NCBI GenBank assembly: GCA_013239625.1
Contig: MU053216.1
Span: forward strand, 2,756,943-2,820,942
From: Lama guanicoe
Taxonomy: Eukaryota
DNA: 64,000 nucleotides
Reading direction: 5' to 3'
Made by a program: the position numbers and the translations under genes. Shown piece by piece: positions 1-14,460 of this stretch. Position 1 is the first letter of the stretch. Each line of letters begins with the position of its first letter. The notes under the pieces are model-generated. The model saw only the letters and a list, made by a program, of their open reading frames with translations. It had not been told where the DNA came from and ran no database searches.

Positions 1-1169
1 CTTAATGATACACTGATCACAGCCACGAAAACCACCACATGTCGCTCACTGGTTTGTCTTCAACTGCTCAAACCTCTACCAAGCCGGGTCCTCACTCCCT
101 CCCAGCACACAGAGATTCTTTCTCTCCCCATGCTCATCTATTTTTCCTGTTTGAATTGTCTCTACAATTTTAAAAGCTCAAAGTCTCACAGCTTTTAAAA
201 GATTTGAAAAGTTCTCTGTTTGTTCAGTAAGTGCGGATGAATTTGGCTTCCTTCAAATCAGCTGCCTCCGGAAGGCTGACACTCCCGCATATGGGAGGAT
301 GTGCGACTTGTTGTGCATGTTGTAATTTTAGTATTTCAGCATTTAAGTTTCTTGAGCATTCATAGCCCATCTACAACACTGAAAAAATTAAAGTAATTTA
401 GGGCACTTAAGCCTTACAGCCGGCCAAGACAAGTTACTTAGTTGAATGAGAAGAAAAAAACTGGTCTAAGGGAAAATGAAATTAGAGGTTTGCTACATAA
501 TAAGAATCAACCAATAATGGCCTTTCAATGTTTACTGTTGTTTTGCTTAGTTTTTTAAGCAGGGAGAAACTTACATAAACACATGTACTCCGGAAAACAC
601 TCTTAGCAGGGTTCTTTAATATTGTTTTACTTATAAATGCAAATTCTGAATCTATTCAATTCATTGTTAAACCATACTACACTTTAATTAGCCAAATAAA
701 AATTGGAAATGATCAGAAACTTACCATCTCTATAGAGCAATTCTCTAGAGGAGACCGGATTGGCAACCGCCATTAGGTAGTCTCGCTCCTTCTATTCTGT
801 CATCTGATACTAAAAAAAAAAACGCCCGCTTAACAAGATTTCTTGGGAGGCACACACGCCCCATTGCACCAAACTTTATGCTGATTAGATGATTCTATCA
901 CCATCTTTCCTTTACTGCCTCATTTCTCTTCTTCTTAACACATCAACTCCTCCTGCAGATATATATTTAAAAAGTATCAGCAGACAAAATGCATCTCATC
1001 CTTTCCCTTACTTACGTGTTTTCTTTTCAGTTACCACGTTTTTGCTGTTTGAAGTCTGCTGCCCACGAGGCCAAGGTCAGAGGCTGGCTCATTGGAAGAC
1101 TTCTCCCAGCCAAACCTTTCCAACCGTTATTTCCAACAACTCTATGACATGCTGGCAACTTACTGTGTC

Positions 1170-1412
1170 GTGATTGTTTTCAGCTTCCACATCTTGATTT
1201 ATCACTTGCTGCTATTCTCAGCTGTGTCATCTTGGGCCAGTTATTCAAATTTCTTGTGTCCCAGATTTTCTATGTGTATAATGAGGAAAATATGAGCACC
1301 TTATGAGCACCTACCTATTTGTGTTGTTCTGAAAAGAAAATAAACCATTGCTAACAAAGCACTTGAAATGGCATCTGGCACATAATAAATACTCGGTAAA
1401 TGTTCACTATTA
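1170..1412 (+). mobile_element. MIR SINE remnant
   Basis: agctgtgtcatcttgggccagttatt…cagattttctatgtgtataatgagg…tggcacataataaatactcggtaaatgtt. Confidence 0.7.
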
Positions 1413-1734
1413 CCATGGAGATGAACACATGTAAATAATCTTGAGCTTTGGAATTTGACTCTTCTATTAATGCAGGCCTTTCTGTTGTTGCTTTTGAAAA
1501 TAAGAATATTTCCAATAATCCAATAAATGTATTTAACCACTTTATGTACAGAGCACTTTTGCATGTAATGTTTTGGTAAGCCCCATGAGAGTAGAAATCT
1601 CTGGCTTCCTGTCTTGGTTACTGTGCTGAGATGTGTCTTGGCAACTCTTTGTTGACTGAATGAATAACAGAATGATATGATTTTACCCTTGCCATTCTGA
1701 ATCTTGCAAAGGAATGGTGATATATTCAACCAGC

Positions 1735-2135
1735 TGTGTTAGTTTGCCACGGCTGCGTAACAAAGAACGCACGCTGGGTGGCTTCAACAACAGACATTTA
1801 TTTTCTCATGATTCTGGAGGCTAAACATCCAGGATCAAGGTTTTCAGTAGGATTGCCTTCTCCTGAGCCTCTCTCCTTGGCCTGGACGTGCTGCCTTCTC
1901 CCTCTGTCTTCACGTGACCTTTCTTCTATGTGTGGCTATGTCTTCATCTGCTCTTCTTATAAGGCTATCAGTCGTACTGGATTAGGGTCCACTGTAAAAA
2001 AAAAAGAAAAACCTCATTTTAAATGTAATCATCTCTTAAAAGGCTCTGTCTCCAAGTACAGTCACATATTGAGGTGCTGGGGGGTTAGAACTTCAGCACA
2101 TGACCTTGCTGGGGTCACTCTTAAGCCCAGAATAC
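1735..2135 (-). mobile_element. MLT1 (ERVL-MaLR) solo LTR
   Basis: tgtgttagtttgc…ggtggcttcaacaacagacatttattttctcatgattctggaggc…tccaagtacagtcacatattgaggtgctgggggttag. Confidence 0.85.
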
Positions 2136-3689
2136 CAGTCTCCCATGTTGGGGTCACCATAGAATCAGACATCTTTAGTCACCAGGTTCATTTCTCTTCC
2201 ATCAAAATGTGCTTTATCTTGGTAGCAGGGGGCACAAGTGGGCAAATATTCAGGAAAACAAAACGTGAGAATAACAATGAAGAAATTAAGGTCAAAATCA
2301 AGAAACAGAGGAGGAAAATTATCATAGGAAAATTATTGATTAAAGTAAGTAAAGGAAGAAAGGAGAAAGGAAAAAAAGATTGGTCAGAAAAGTAACTTAC
2401 CCTGTGTCTTGGGCATTTTTTTAAGCCTAGCTCCATGCAACGTGGAAAAGAAGGTTATAACAAGTCAGTAATCTAAGAATTAGGGGGAAAGCAAACTCCG
2501 GCCACAACATTTTCACAATCTTTCTCCATGATTAATTCAAAACCTCACTTGTAACTTTAGAATCATATTTAAATCATTTTTCATTATGTGGATCTTAGTT
2601 GCAAAGCACTGATGAAATTTAGTTATTTTTAATTTTATATACAGCAAACCATTAACAAGCAAACAAAACCAAAACTAATCAGCGGGGGTTGCACTGACTG
2701 GCCGAGAGCTGGCTGTGTTTCCGGCGCCCGCAGCCCATCCCCGCCAGCAGCGCCGCGACGGCCGCATCGCACAGCTGTGCGCCCCAGCCCTTGCAGCGAC
2801 GTTCCCCGCGCTGCCTCTGCATTAATCCATGAACTTAATAAGCGTCTGTCTCCGCGATGGTGCCTCACTGTCTAAGTGAGCTACTTATCCCCTGTACAGT
2901 TGCAGTCTGTTTGACTTCCAGAAAACAAAGCAGTCAGGCTTGCCTGATCTCATCAGTTTAATCGCAGAATATCCAAGCTACTCAACAACTCGTGTATCTT
3001 TATGTTAAAAAAAAAATTGGCTCAGCCAGAGCTGTTATTAGAGACATGTGTTCCAGGCTGTGATCAGAAACCATTAGTCTTCCTGGAGGAACATGAAAAT
3101 ATGAATATGATCTATTAAAAATGAATGCGGCCAATGAGTGACTACGTGCTGAAATTACCACGGTCATCTGCAGGATGAGAGTCGGAGGCTTGAGTATCAG
3201 TCACAAAACACATTTTCTGGGGAAAGGGATCAGTCAGGAGAGTCATGAATCTGCCAGACAACTCAAGAGCGTGAGTGTGGCGTTGCTTCCAATACATTCA
3301 TTACGCGTCTATCTGAAAGTTTCTTAGCTCTGCTAAGTTAAGTCTGAAAAGTCAGGAAATGGTATATATTCACCAGGGGGCCTTGATCCCAGAGGTACTT
3401 GGGGACAAAACCTTATTTTTTCCTGAACCATGTCCTTAATGGCCTCCACCTTCCTGGCGCCAGGCAAGCAGGCACTATCGTCATATAATGTTGCAGAAAG
3501 GCGAGTGAATGACTCGTGACAAAGAAGAACACCTTGTGAGCGAGGCTTCCTCCTGTTTTTCCGTTGGGGCAGAGCCTCACAAAACCCCTCCCTGTCTTGG
3601 GCTTGGTGCAGGGAGGTAGTAAGAATGGGCAGCATTTATCAAATATTTGGTCTGCTCCAATCAGTTCCAATCACACAAATTATATAACC

Positions 3690-3850
3690 ACCCTATGAAC
3701 TGAGTCATAGCATCACCCCCAGTTAAAAGCAGAAAAAGCCAGGGAGCTTAAGTAACTTTCCAAAGGTGCCATCCTAAGGGAGTAGTAGACCTTGGACTTG
3801 AACGCAGGCATTTAACACCACAGTGCTGAGATTAACCACTACGCTGTACA
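3690..3850 (-). mobile_element. MIR SINE remnant
   Basis: catcacccccagttaaaagcagaaaaagcc…ttaagtaactttccaaagg…ggacttgaacgcagg. Confidence 0.55.
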
Positions 3851-6294
3851 GCAACTTGGGGCATAAACGTCTGGGTAATGAGGACTCTTGTCTTAGAGGG
3901 GAGATGAGGATTGTCTTGCTTGCCCCACTTTGCACACACAGTCAGCTGTGTGTGAAGAAATCCAACAGGACAGGGGCCAACTTCTTTCAAAGAAGAAAGG
4001 ACAGTAGGACATGCCCCAAGTGGGGAGCTTGCTTTGTGACCATCCCAAGCATCTTTTAAACATCAGCCAAGAGGAAGGGCTGGGGGAGCACATTGAATGT
4101 GAGGACCTCTCTACCTGGAGGATGCTGAGCAATTCCTTAACTTCTCTGAACTTCAGTTTCTTTGCTGCTTACTGAAGATAATACATTTGTTACTGCTTCC
4201 ATCTGAAGAAAGCATAAGACTTGCTCATTTCATCTTCTTAAAAATAGGGCGAATAATATTAAGAGGCAGACATTGTTAACTCCATTTGAGAGGTGAGAAA
4301 ACTAGGAAGTAACAACATTTAAATTAAATTCAGTCATTTCTGAACTCCATAGTTTCCTCCTAAACCATGTAGCCTACCGTAAGGCACATTTTCTACATTT
4401 CTAAAAGCTTCAGTGGATTTTTAGGTGATAAGAAGTTCCTTCTCCATGGGGATGTTCATTTGTGGGCTGGAGACTGCCCAGCAAGGAAGTAGTATTTGAT
4501 TGGAAAAGGAGATACATAAGGGTCCTTCTGAACCTGAGATTCCTTGACTGTGTGATCACCCAGGATGGGGCCACCCATGCTTCTGACTCTGCAGAAGAAT
4601 TCTGATTCCACCCTCGAGTTCTTTCGTGTAACCCATTGTTACAGTGTCTCTCTGTAGTTAGTTAGCTTACCTGGTTATTCCATGCTTCTAATTATATTGA
4701 ATTATTGAATCCAGAAGAAGGTATTGATTACACTGTGAGCCAGTAAGCTTTGTGTTCCGTGACCCTGAATTAAATCATTAAACCCATCAAGATTCCTTCA
4801 AATGTAAGGATGGATGAATTCACTCAATCCATCTCAAATTCTGGGCAACAGGCGAAGATACATGCATCCTTAAAAGCAAGTTGGTAGCCTTGTCTTCCTC
4901 AACGTCTGGTGTCTCCACATCCAAAAGATATTATTCTTCCTTGGGTGAAAAACAACTCATTGCCAAAAAGAAAAAAAAGAAAAGAAAAGAAAAGGAAAGC
5001 TCCACTTCATGGAGGGTCATTTCAGCTGTATTGTCCTAACGTGCTCCCTAAAATCTGAAATAGACCTGCCCATTTCTGAATTTATACTTAAGCTACACCT
5101 GCTATGCTAAGTGGGTTTATTTTTAAACTAAATTCGTAATTAAATAAATAATTATAATACCCACATTGGAACACATCTTTTGATGCAATTTACTTTTCTA
5201 ATACCATCTGTTGCCTTTCGGAGGCGTTATGAACATGTCAGGCGAAAGGTTAATTCAAGAAGAAAACAGCATTCTCTTTGAAGTATTTTACTGCAGCTGG
5301 GCATTCTGCTTCCATCGGTTGTGTAGAGTTTATACACTTTTGTTTTTGAAGAGTCAGGCTTCTCCTGAAAGCAGGACTTTCCTGAATTTGCATTTTTTAT
5401 TTGTTATGCCTGGTCCTTCTGTTTTTATGCTCAAAGGCCATACTCAGTTCTCATTTCAAATAAACAAGGAAAGATCAAGTTGAATGAATTGGAATAAAGG
5501 AAAGATACACACACGGCACTTAGCCACTTGCCGAGATATGGGAGCCGTCAACTTTGATCTGATTTTTAAAAGAGATGAGAGTGAGATTCTAGCCAAAAAA
5601 GGCCGGGGGCAGGGGTGGGCAGATTTTTTAGGTAAATCTTCACTGAGATTTTCAAGTAAATGAGGATGATACTAACGCAGGATATCAGGCGTAACATCCA
5701 GCGTGCTCCAGCTTCTGCTTCACGGTGGAGTGCTGCTCTGGGTGTAAGCGCCCAGCCACTCCTCAGCCCAGAAGCAATCTTAAAACTAAATAAAATATGC
5801 ACGGCGACACTTTGAAGTACCCAACAACAGAAAGCAGAGGGTACGAGCCTTAAGAGCAGGAAACACATAAAATAAACTCCAGGACTGTCCATACTCCAGA
5901 GCAGAGATGTAGTGCCCAGGGGAGAACAGGGGTCCATCCCGCAGGCAGAGGCTGGGATCAAAGCTGAGCCGATGAGGCCCCGGCCCGGGACTCTGTGGGT
6001 CGCGACGTCTGAAAGGTGGAAGCTGCCTGGAGAGAGAAGCCCCTGAGTCTTCAGGGGAGTCCTCTTGGGTTCGAGGCTGAGGGCTGGCTCGTACACACAC
6101 AAGACCGGATTCACAGCTGAGTGTGGTGAGCAGAGGCAGTGTACTAGGTGGAGACACCAGGTGTTGTGCGGGGCTGGGAACAAGTATTCACTAAGCTCCT
6201 ACTGTCTGCACCAGGGCACCATGGTAAGCATGATTGTGTTTTTAAACACAATATATAAAACATATAAATTATATGTATGTAAAACATATTAAGA

Positions 6295-6940
6295 TATATG
6301 CAGCAATATTTACAATAGCCAAGACATAGAAGCAACCAGGCAGACGACTGGCTTAAGAAAATGTGGTGTGCACACAATGGTGTACTACTCAGCCATAAAG
6401 AGAATGAAATATTGCCATTTGCTGCAACATGGACAGACCTAGAGGATGCCCTGCTTAGTGAAATAAGTTAGAAAGAGAAAGACAAATATTAAATGATATT
6501 GCTTATGTGTGGAAGCTAAGAAAATAATATGAATGAATGTATACAGAAAACAGAAACAATTTACGTTCATATATAACTGAAGAATTGTGCTCTACACTGG
6601 AATTTGGCACAACACTGTAAAATGACTATAACTCAATTAAAAAATTTTTTTTTTAAAAAGAAAACAGAAACAGACTCACAGACGTAGAGAACGCATTTGT
6701 GGTTATCAAAGTGGAGAGGGAGGTGGGGAGGGACAGATTAGGAGTTTGGGATTAGCAAATACAAACTACTGTATGTAAAATAGATGAGCAACATGGATTT
6801 ACTGTAGCACAGGGAATTACCGCAAATCGCTCGTAATAACCGATAATGGAATATAATCTGCCAAAATTACCAAATCACTGGGCTGTCCACCTGAAACTAA
6901 CACAACGTTGAAAATCAGCTGCACTTCAATAAAAAAAAGA
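6295..6940 (+). mobile_element. LINE-1 3' fragment (end of ORF2 + 3'UTR) with nested short L1 tail
   Basis: gcagcaatatttacaatagccaagaca…tactactcagccataaagagaatgaaatattgccatttgctgcaacatgga…aataaaaaaaa. Confidence 0.9.
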
Positions 6941-9900
6941 ATGGGCTCAAAATGCAAATAAATAAACACATTTATAGGTATATAAATAATATTTATAGAA
7001 ATATAGACACTCTTTCTAAATACATAAAATATTTAAAGAAATGTAGACAATATTTCTAAATATATAAAATAAACTTACAAAATCTATAAAATACCTAACT
7101 GATATTTCCCTTTTTCTCACCATTTTTTCACCATCTGCCCACAAAGACCCAACGCAGCCTCTCCGAGCCACCTTTCCCAGTGATAGTCCGAGGGGCACCG
7201 GGAATGCAAACGGCCCTCAGGAAGGAAGCGGGGTACGAGCCAGCCGTCCACATGAGCAGATGGAGTATTGACTGTTCTGTGACAGCTTCTGAAACAATCT
7301 GCCTGTGAAGAAACTCAGGGACAACTGCTTCTTGAAATTAGCATTGGATGGACTGAGGGTAGAGCCGTGCCTGGCGCCGTGGGAGCCCGCACGTCGGCTA
7401 GGTCAGTGTGCTGAGTGTTCCATCCCGGGCGGAAGGGCTCCGTCCTTGCCTTCCCTTTGAGAACCTGTTTCCTAAGGACGGAGATAAAATGATAACTTGC
7501 TTTTCAATGAAATATTTTTATTCACGGAAAACTTGTTACTCAGTCGCCTGACAAATCACGATTTTGCTCTCTGTAGAGGAAGTGGGAATAAGCTGGCAGC
7601 TTTCCCTCCATAATTCCAGAGGGAAAGGCACTAAGCGAAGCCGTGGTGTTTATCACGAGACTGGGCCCTGTGACTTTCGTGGTGATTTCGTTTGGGCTTG
7701 GCTGATGGCGCTTCCATTCTTGCTGGGCGACCAGTAGAAGTGGGCAGGATTCTTTAAGACCACCCAAACTGGACTAATCTAGAAGGTTCCAAGCACCATG
7801 GCAAACACGCTGGTCTAGAATCCTCCTGGGGGTCCCATGGCTGGGGTGTGTGTGCTAGTCACCTTTCACCCCCAAGCCTTTACATTCAATACCAAGCACT
7901 GGAAATACTCTCTTTCTGAAGTGACCGTCAAAGCCTTTCGCAGTTCTGAAATGCTGTGATTCTCTGTAAGTCATATTGTTTTTCTTTATTGTAGCATGAT
8001 CTCTTCCTTCTAGCAATGCGGCCAGTTGAACCACTTTCTGAGAAGCTGTCAGCCTTGTAATAGAAGCGTATCTGGTTGTCGTAAGTCTAGGCACAAGAAC
8101 TTCAGGATGGACTCCCCGGGGTGGAGTTATCAAAGAAGGAATTTATGAAAGCCAGGAGAGCACGTGGATTTAAATGCTCTAAAAGAGTTAAAGGTAATGC
8201 ACTTGTGATGTATTTTTTAAATTCTTCTAACGTGAGACTTAATTTGTGAAACTGGAGTTATCTAGAAATATGATTTCTAATTAACCCTCGGTCTGCTCCA
8301 GGACAATTTCGACCGCCTAGAAACTCCCTGACCAGAGGAGTACACGGGCACCAAATTTCACTGCATCCCTGCTCTTAGTCAGAACCTAAAGATATCCCCC
8401 ACGACTTAAGAGTTTACAAAGCTCCTCAGCATCAGGGGTGGACGTTATGCTAGTCTTTGCTTTTGAGAATGGAGGGTATTGCGTGTGTTTCTAAAGAATG
8501 TGTTTTATTAAAGCTGTTTCTGCTCAGCACGTAAAAAGAAAGAAAAAAGAAAAAAGTAAGAAAAGGCCGAGTGGAAAGTGGGAGAAAAGAAAGTAGCAGC
8601 TTTTCAAAAAACACTCATTGACTGCTGGGAAATCTGCGGCGCTCTGCTTTTAATACTCAACATCTGTCTTTGAAAACATATCAATCACATGATCACTAAC
8701 AGCTGTTGCAGTATTTTAATCAGCCATGATTTTCAAAAGGGAGAAAGAATGCCTTTGGATCAGTTGATGGAAAGTTATAGCTGAGAATGCACCAGCTTGG
8801 TCCTGGCAACCAATTCAGAACTTAAAGACACAGAACTCTACCCAGTACCATAAACATGTGCAAAGCGCCTGCTATGAACTGCATAAACGCTCCCGCGTGT
8901 TTGGAAGCCTGAAAAGAACAATGCAGGTCATGCCATGTATTTAAAATGATGCGTTTAACGTGATATGAAGCGTATTAAAATGATTCCAAACCGATCTTTA
9001 CATTCGTAACAATGCAGGAAAACACAACAGCGGGACACACTGTGATCACAATCAGTACAATCAATACGGAAGCAAATGGGTCCCCCAGGTCTGGGGAGCC
9101 TCTTCCTCCCTAGGTGTGTGCAGCTCCTCCTCATGCGCCTGGAAGCTAATCATCCACGCGGGAGTGAGGACGTCAGGGGCTGCAGCAAGCTGACACGTAC
9201 TGGGGACGAGGTTGCTCCTGCTTTGCATCACCTTCCAGCTTTCCCGGAGTCAGCTTGTCAGGTCTGCGCCACGTGCCTTTCCCTGCTAGGCTGTAGTGGC
9301 AAGACGCTAAAAATCCTTGCGTCAAAGTGCAGCATGTTGTTCCAAATTAAGGGGAAGAACATACTTAACTTCCAGCACAAGCTATTTCTTAATTCATCAA
9401 CCATTTGCTGCTAGAGGTGGTCACAGGGGAATCAACAGTGTCCAATGAGACTGAAAGAGCATCACATTCACGTGTGGCTCTCTCGGGCAAAGTAACCCTG
9501 TTACACCCCAAGAGCAGGCAGAATGGGAGGGTTTCCTCCAGTCATAGTCATTGAGACCGTGGAGGTATTAATGTCTCACGTGTGATGGCTAAAATAAATT
9601 ACAACTAATTTGTAATTTATACACAAAATTATATAGAAAGGGAATTTAATAATGAATTCCCTTTGAAGATAGATTTCTAATCAGAAAGACTAGACGACCA
9701 AATGACCTTAAATGACCGATACAACAAATTTATCCTTCCTCTTATTTATTTTAAATAAAAATTACAGAATAACCGCAGATGTGACTATTGCACAGCACTT
9801 AATTTCTATGTTATAACAGGAAATGATTTCTTGTAATGATTCTAAATTATATCCTACAAGATATATGAGGATAATCATGACAGTTAGCCATCCCATCCCA

Positions 9901-10894
9901 TTCTAGAGCACAGCAGACATTTATTGCAGACATATTCTACATTAAAAAATGATGATTTAAAAAAGTCTACAAGGACGTGGGCTTGCTTTCCTGGAGTTCA
10001 GTCCTAGAACAAACACAGGGCCATTGCAATTGGGATACAGATGGAGACAAAGACAAAGTGAGAACTTCCATCCTGGAGTGTTGAGGGTCCTGGGATGAGA
10101 ACCTGAGAGAGCTTTCCTGAGGATGGGACGCTTGTGCTGGGCTCGGCGGTGCGTGCATAGGGCGTCCTAAGGAAAGGAAAGGGCACACCTGGTGGTGTGG
10201 GAGAGAACTATGAGCAGCCAGGGTGGCTCCAAGGGGGACCCCAGCTGCAGAAGGAGAGGGAGAGTCAGGACATGAAACTGCACACCAAACCTGGAGCTAG
10301 CTGGTGAGTAGCCATCCATGCCAGGCTCTCAGATTTGTAACTCTTTTCTCATCAACGTGGTGGCTCCATCTGAATAAGTCATTCTCAGACTCTGTTCTGA
10401 GAGGCCACAGGATTCATCAGGAGACCCATCAGAGACTGCTGTGTGGGTGGGAGAAGGGCAGTGAGTTCAGGGACCTCAATTCCCACTCAGAGTTCAGCCA
10501 GAGGTGAGCCTTGCCCACCCACAAAAGGTTACTAAAGGAAGAGTTCTGCTGGGGGAGGAAAAATGAATGAACTAAAGAAGGAAGAAGTTTAAAACCCACC
10601 ACACTAAGGATTTAGACGTGGGAAGACCACAGCGACTCAGTGTTTCAGTGGGTTGGTTGGCTGGTTGGCTGGTTAGTTTTTGAAGCCACTCTGACGGCTG
10701 TGTGAAGAGTGAGTTTGAAAGAGGCAGACACTTGGGGAATCCAGGTGACAATGAATGTGAGAGAGAGCAGAAGCTGAAAATAGGCCAAGTGAAAAACGGA
10801 AAGAAGAGGACAGATTTTAGAGACAAATTAGAGGCAGACCACTCAGGACTCACAGCAAATCAGAAGGGGACACGGTTTGGAGGGGGCGGCGTAC

Positions 10895-11088
10895 TGCAGG
10901 GCTACTCGCAGTGTGGCCCGGGGACCGGCAGCTTCAGTGTGACCTGACAGTCTCGGCCCACAGCCTAGACTTCCTTGATCAGAATCACTGGGATGGAGGC
11001 AGTGTGGTGGCAGGGGAGCCAAAAATCAGTGTTATAAGAAGTCTGCCAGGTGATCAGCATACCTGCCAAAGCTGTGGAAGCACCGGCA
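10895..11088. mobile_element. MER5A-like hAT-Charlie remnant
   Basis: tactcgcagtgtggcccggggaccggcagcttcag…atcagaatcactgggatgg…ccaggtgatc. Confidence 0.6.
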
Positions 11089-11372
11089 TAGAGGGTGAGC
11101 CCAGATCCCTAAGGTGGTGAGTAGAGTGAGTGGTGACTGAAAAAGAGAAAGATAAGTTAGGAAACCAAGATATTGTTTCAGCTCTGCATGTGTGCTTAAT
11201 GTAAGAGTAGCCGAGATTTTTCGAAATCTGGGTCTGGATCTCAAGACAGGAGCTGGCTGGGCTATTGGTTAAGGTAGCACATACTGTTTTAATACCACAA
11301 ACTACTAAATTTCAATGTCTTAACCTGTAGGCATTTATTTTCCACTCATAAAAAGTCTCAAACAAGTATTCT

Positions 11373-11490
11373 TCTTTTTTTTTTCAATTGAACTATGGTT
11401 GGTTTAAAATATTGTATTTGTCTCAGGCATACTATGTAGTGATTTGATATTTTTATAGATTATACTCCATATGAAGCTATTATAAAATAT
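11373..11490 (-). mobile_element. LINE-1 3' tail fragment
   Basis: T-tract then caattgaactatggttggtttaaaatattgtatttgtctcaggcatactatgtagtgattt. Confidence 0.7.
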
Positions 11491-14224
11491 GTTCTTGATC
11501 AATAGCTTGCTGAAGGCTTCTCTGACTGGTGACCTCAAGCTGCAGAAGAACGGCACATAGGAGCACACATGACCGGCCTGAAAGATGCGACATCAGGTAG
11601 GAGAGTGCAATCTTTGGGTCACATCTCACTGCAAGGGAGGCGGAGAAATGTCTATTCTAGCTGTGACTCCAGGAAGCAGTTCAATGAGAAATTGCCCAAT
11701 CTTGGTCACTCCTGAAGATAGCAGTTTTAGCATCAGAGGCATGTATGAAGTGCTCTCTCAGACATGGAAGAAATCAGTGTTTCCTACAAGCGGGGGCCAT
11801 GGGCCCCATGCTGCTCCAGGCATGCTCTCCACAAAGCCAGAGTCCGTCTCCAGGCTCGTGAGTGAAAGAGAGAAAGAGATGGGGAAGGCACGCCATCACT
11901 AATTAAGTTGGCAGGAGCGCTCTGCTCGCAGGCTGTTGGTAAGAGTTGTTCACAGGACCCTCATTCACTTGCACGTGGGAGGGGTACACATCAACCTTTG
12001 GCAAGACCTAACGTTCTTTAACAAACTCATTAACAGGTTACCATTCGGCATTTCATTTATTTTCTATCAGTTTCTCCAGCCAAGATCTGTTACCTAGAGC
12101 AGGGAAGATCCCCAGAGGATCTTACTCTTCAGGTCTCTGTTTATCCTTTAGATATAGGTCATTCATTCCTGTCACCTTTTTCCTCTGGTGGCATTATTCT
12201 CTCCAACGGTGGTCACTACTGTCTCTGTGCTGTTAATTCATTTATCAGTCAATCCACTTACGTGTTTGACAAACTTCTTAAAATGATTGTCCAGACCTGG
12301 CCAGGAGGTGCCTGCAGTGTGGTGGAAACTGGGATAGAAATGTGCACAGCTCACCGCAGATGCGCAGCATCAGGGAGGGCCTTCCTCGTCCTTGACAGGT
12401 CCAGGAAAGAAGCCTTCCCCTGCAGCGGCGCGATTTTCCCAGAAGTGAAAGCTGTTAGAACTCTCCAGGGCTGGGCTTGGAAGTCCCAGAACATCACCTC
12501 CACCGCAGGTTACTGGTGGAAGGTAGGCCCAAGGTCAGGGAAAGGGAAGTGCTCTCCATCTCTTGATGTGAGCAGCGGCGTGTGCACGGCGGGGAGGGAG
12601 AGCTAATGTCCATCGTCACCACCTAGTTACCCCAAACTACCCTCCTTATTAACCGTGTGCTTGTGTGTATTAGATCTCGGTTGACTACTTTCTAGAACTA
12701 TTATTTTTTCCTGTTTCTTAAATTATAGACTTTTTTAACTTTTATTTTTCTTTCTTATAATCTCCCTCTGTGTTCCTAATTAGATTATTAACTTCTTTTC
12801 CTTTTTGCTTCCCCCCCACTTACTTTCTGACACCTGCCAATTAAATGTCTTAAATATCATTTTCTTCTTCAAGCCCTACTTCAACTTACTCTAAACAGAC
12901 ATTCTAATAAACATGTTTATAAACCCTCTGCATGACTGGGGAACGTCTCAGGACCTTGTGTCCACCCGATCCTTAGTGGATAATTTCCGAATCTGTGCTC
13001 TTCAATGACCACTTCTTTCTTTTGCCATTCCTTTTTTCTCTGTTAGGGGTAACATTTATGCATGCATTCTTTGTGGTTTCCTCTTTGAGTATTTGAATGA
13101 ACCATCAGATTTTGGAAAAATATTGTGAGAGAGAAGTCAGGGCATCAAGAAACTGACTCTGCTCTCAGCAGAACGTTCTCTAATTCAAGGTTGCACATGT
13201 GTGTATCTGAATATTCATTTAAACTTTCCTTGTGCATTCAGTTGGCAAACATCAGCCGCTGCATGTAGCTCATATCATACACCCCGTCTTCTCCGCTCTG
13301 CCCTCAGCTGCCCAGGGGACACCCCTACACCCCTCTCTCCCCGCAGACGCAAGCTTCCTGTGTCCACTGCTGCGGTCCTTCTCTCTCCCTCCACCTCCTC
13401 CTTTTTTACCATAGTCCTCGTCTGCAGGCAGCCACAAGCTCCAGTGTTATTGTTCCAAACGGTGAGCCCGTGGTTTTACCCTATGGAACGTGTGACCCAC
13501 CTGGAGGAATCTGCACTTGTCTGTGGTTTTCGTGAGTGGCCCCTCCCCAAGTCTTCATTCACCCTGAGTGTCTTCATAGGCACTGAGCTTCAAATTTCAC
13601 TTATAATTAGTGATATTAAGACTTTTTAAGAACTTCAATGGCTTCTTTAAATATTGTAGATTACAGCTTAAAAATAATTCTTCTGCTCTCCTATATTTAT
13701 ATATAGTGTAGATTGGAAAAGTGGATCTGGAATAAGGAAATGGAGCCGCTGATTCGCATTGCCCTTCTGAGAATGCGAAGTTGATGGAGAAAAAGCCAGG
13801 GTGGGATGCGCAGGGGGGATGGCAGCACAGAACGTTGTTCCGGAACCAGGAAAGACGCTGGTGGATCAGGGTGGGCACCGGGAGCAGCGAACGCGGGGCA
13901 GAGAGGTGCAGAGGGCGGTGCAGGGCGCGTGAGGCCGCGGAGCCTGGGTCACAGGTGGGGCCCCGCGGGACCCTGGCCGGAGGAGGAGCAGTGCTCCGGG
14001 AAGGGGGCGCCGCAGGAGGGAGACGAGACGCGGAGGGACCCCGAGTCCCGGACACAGGGAGGCACGTGGAATCCGCTTGCTCTGGGTGAAGCAGAAGAGT
14101 CTTACTACGTAAGACCGGTGAGGGGCGGAATGGGCTGAACCACTGAAAATCACAAAGGGTGCCAAACAGTTCAGGAAACAACTTTGTCATCCACCTGTGG
14201 CAGCATCTACAGGAACACACCTAT

Positions 14225-14460
14225 TTCTCTTTTATGATTATGATTATTATTATTACTATACTTTAATAATACTATTCTAATACTATTAATACTATTTTAA
14301 TAACAGCATTAATATTTATTGCATATTATTATGTACTGTATTATGAAATGTTAACATTAAAATATTGATAAAATAATGTTCTAATAATAGTATTAAAATA
14401 TGATACTTCAAATAAATAAATCACATTAGATTCAATTACTGTTATTACTGTTGTTTTTGT
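14225..14460. repeat. AT-rich low-complexity (TAT/AAT) tract
   Basis: tatgattatgattattattattactatactttaataatactatt…. Confidence 0.7.

Noticed and set aside
1736..2395. 219-aa ORF
   Set aside because: Overlaps an MLT1 LTR and A-rich sequence; starts at GTG with no recognisable domain.
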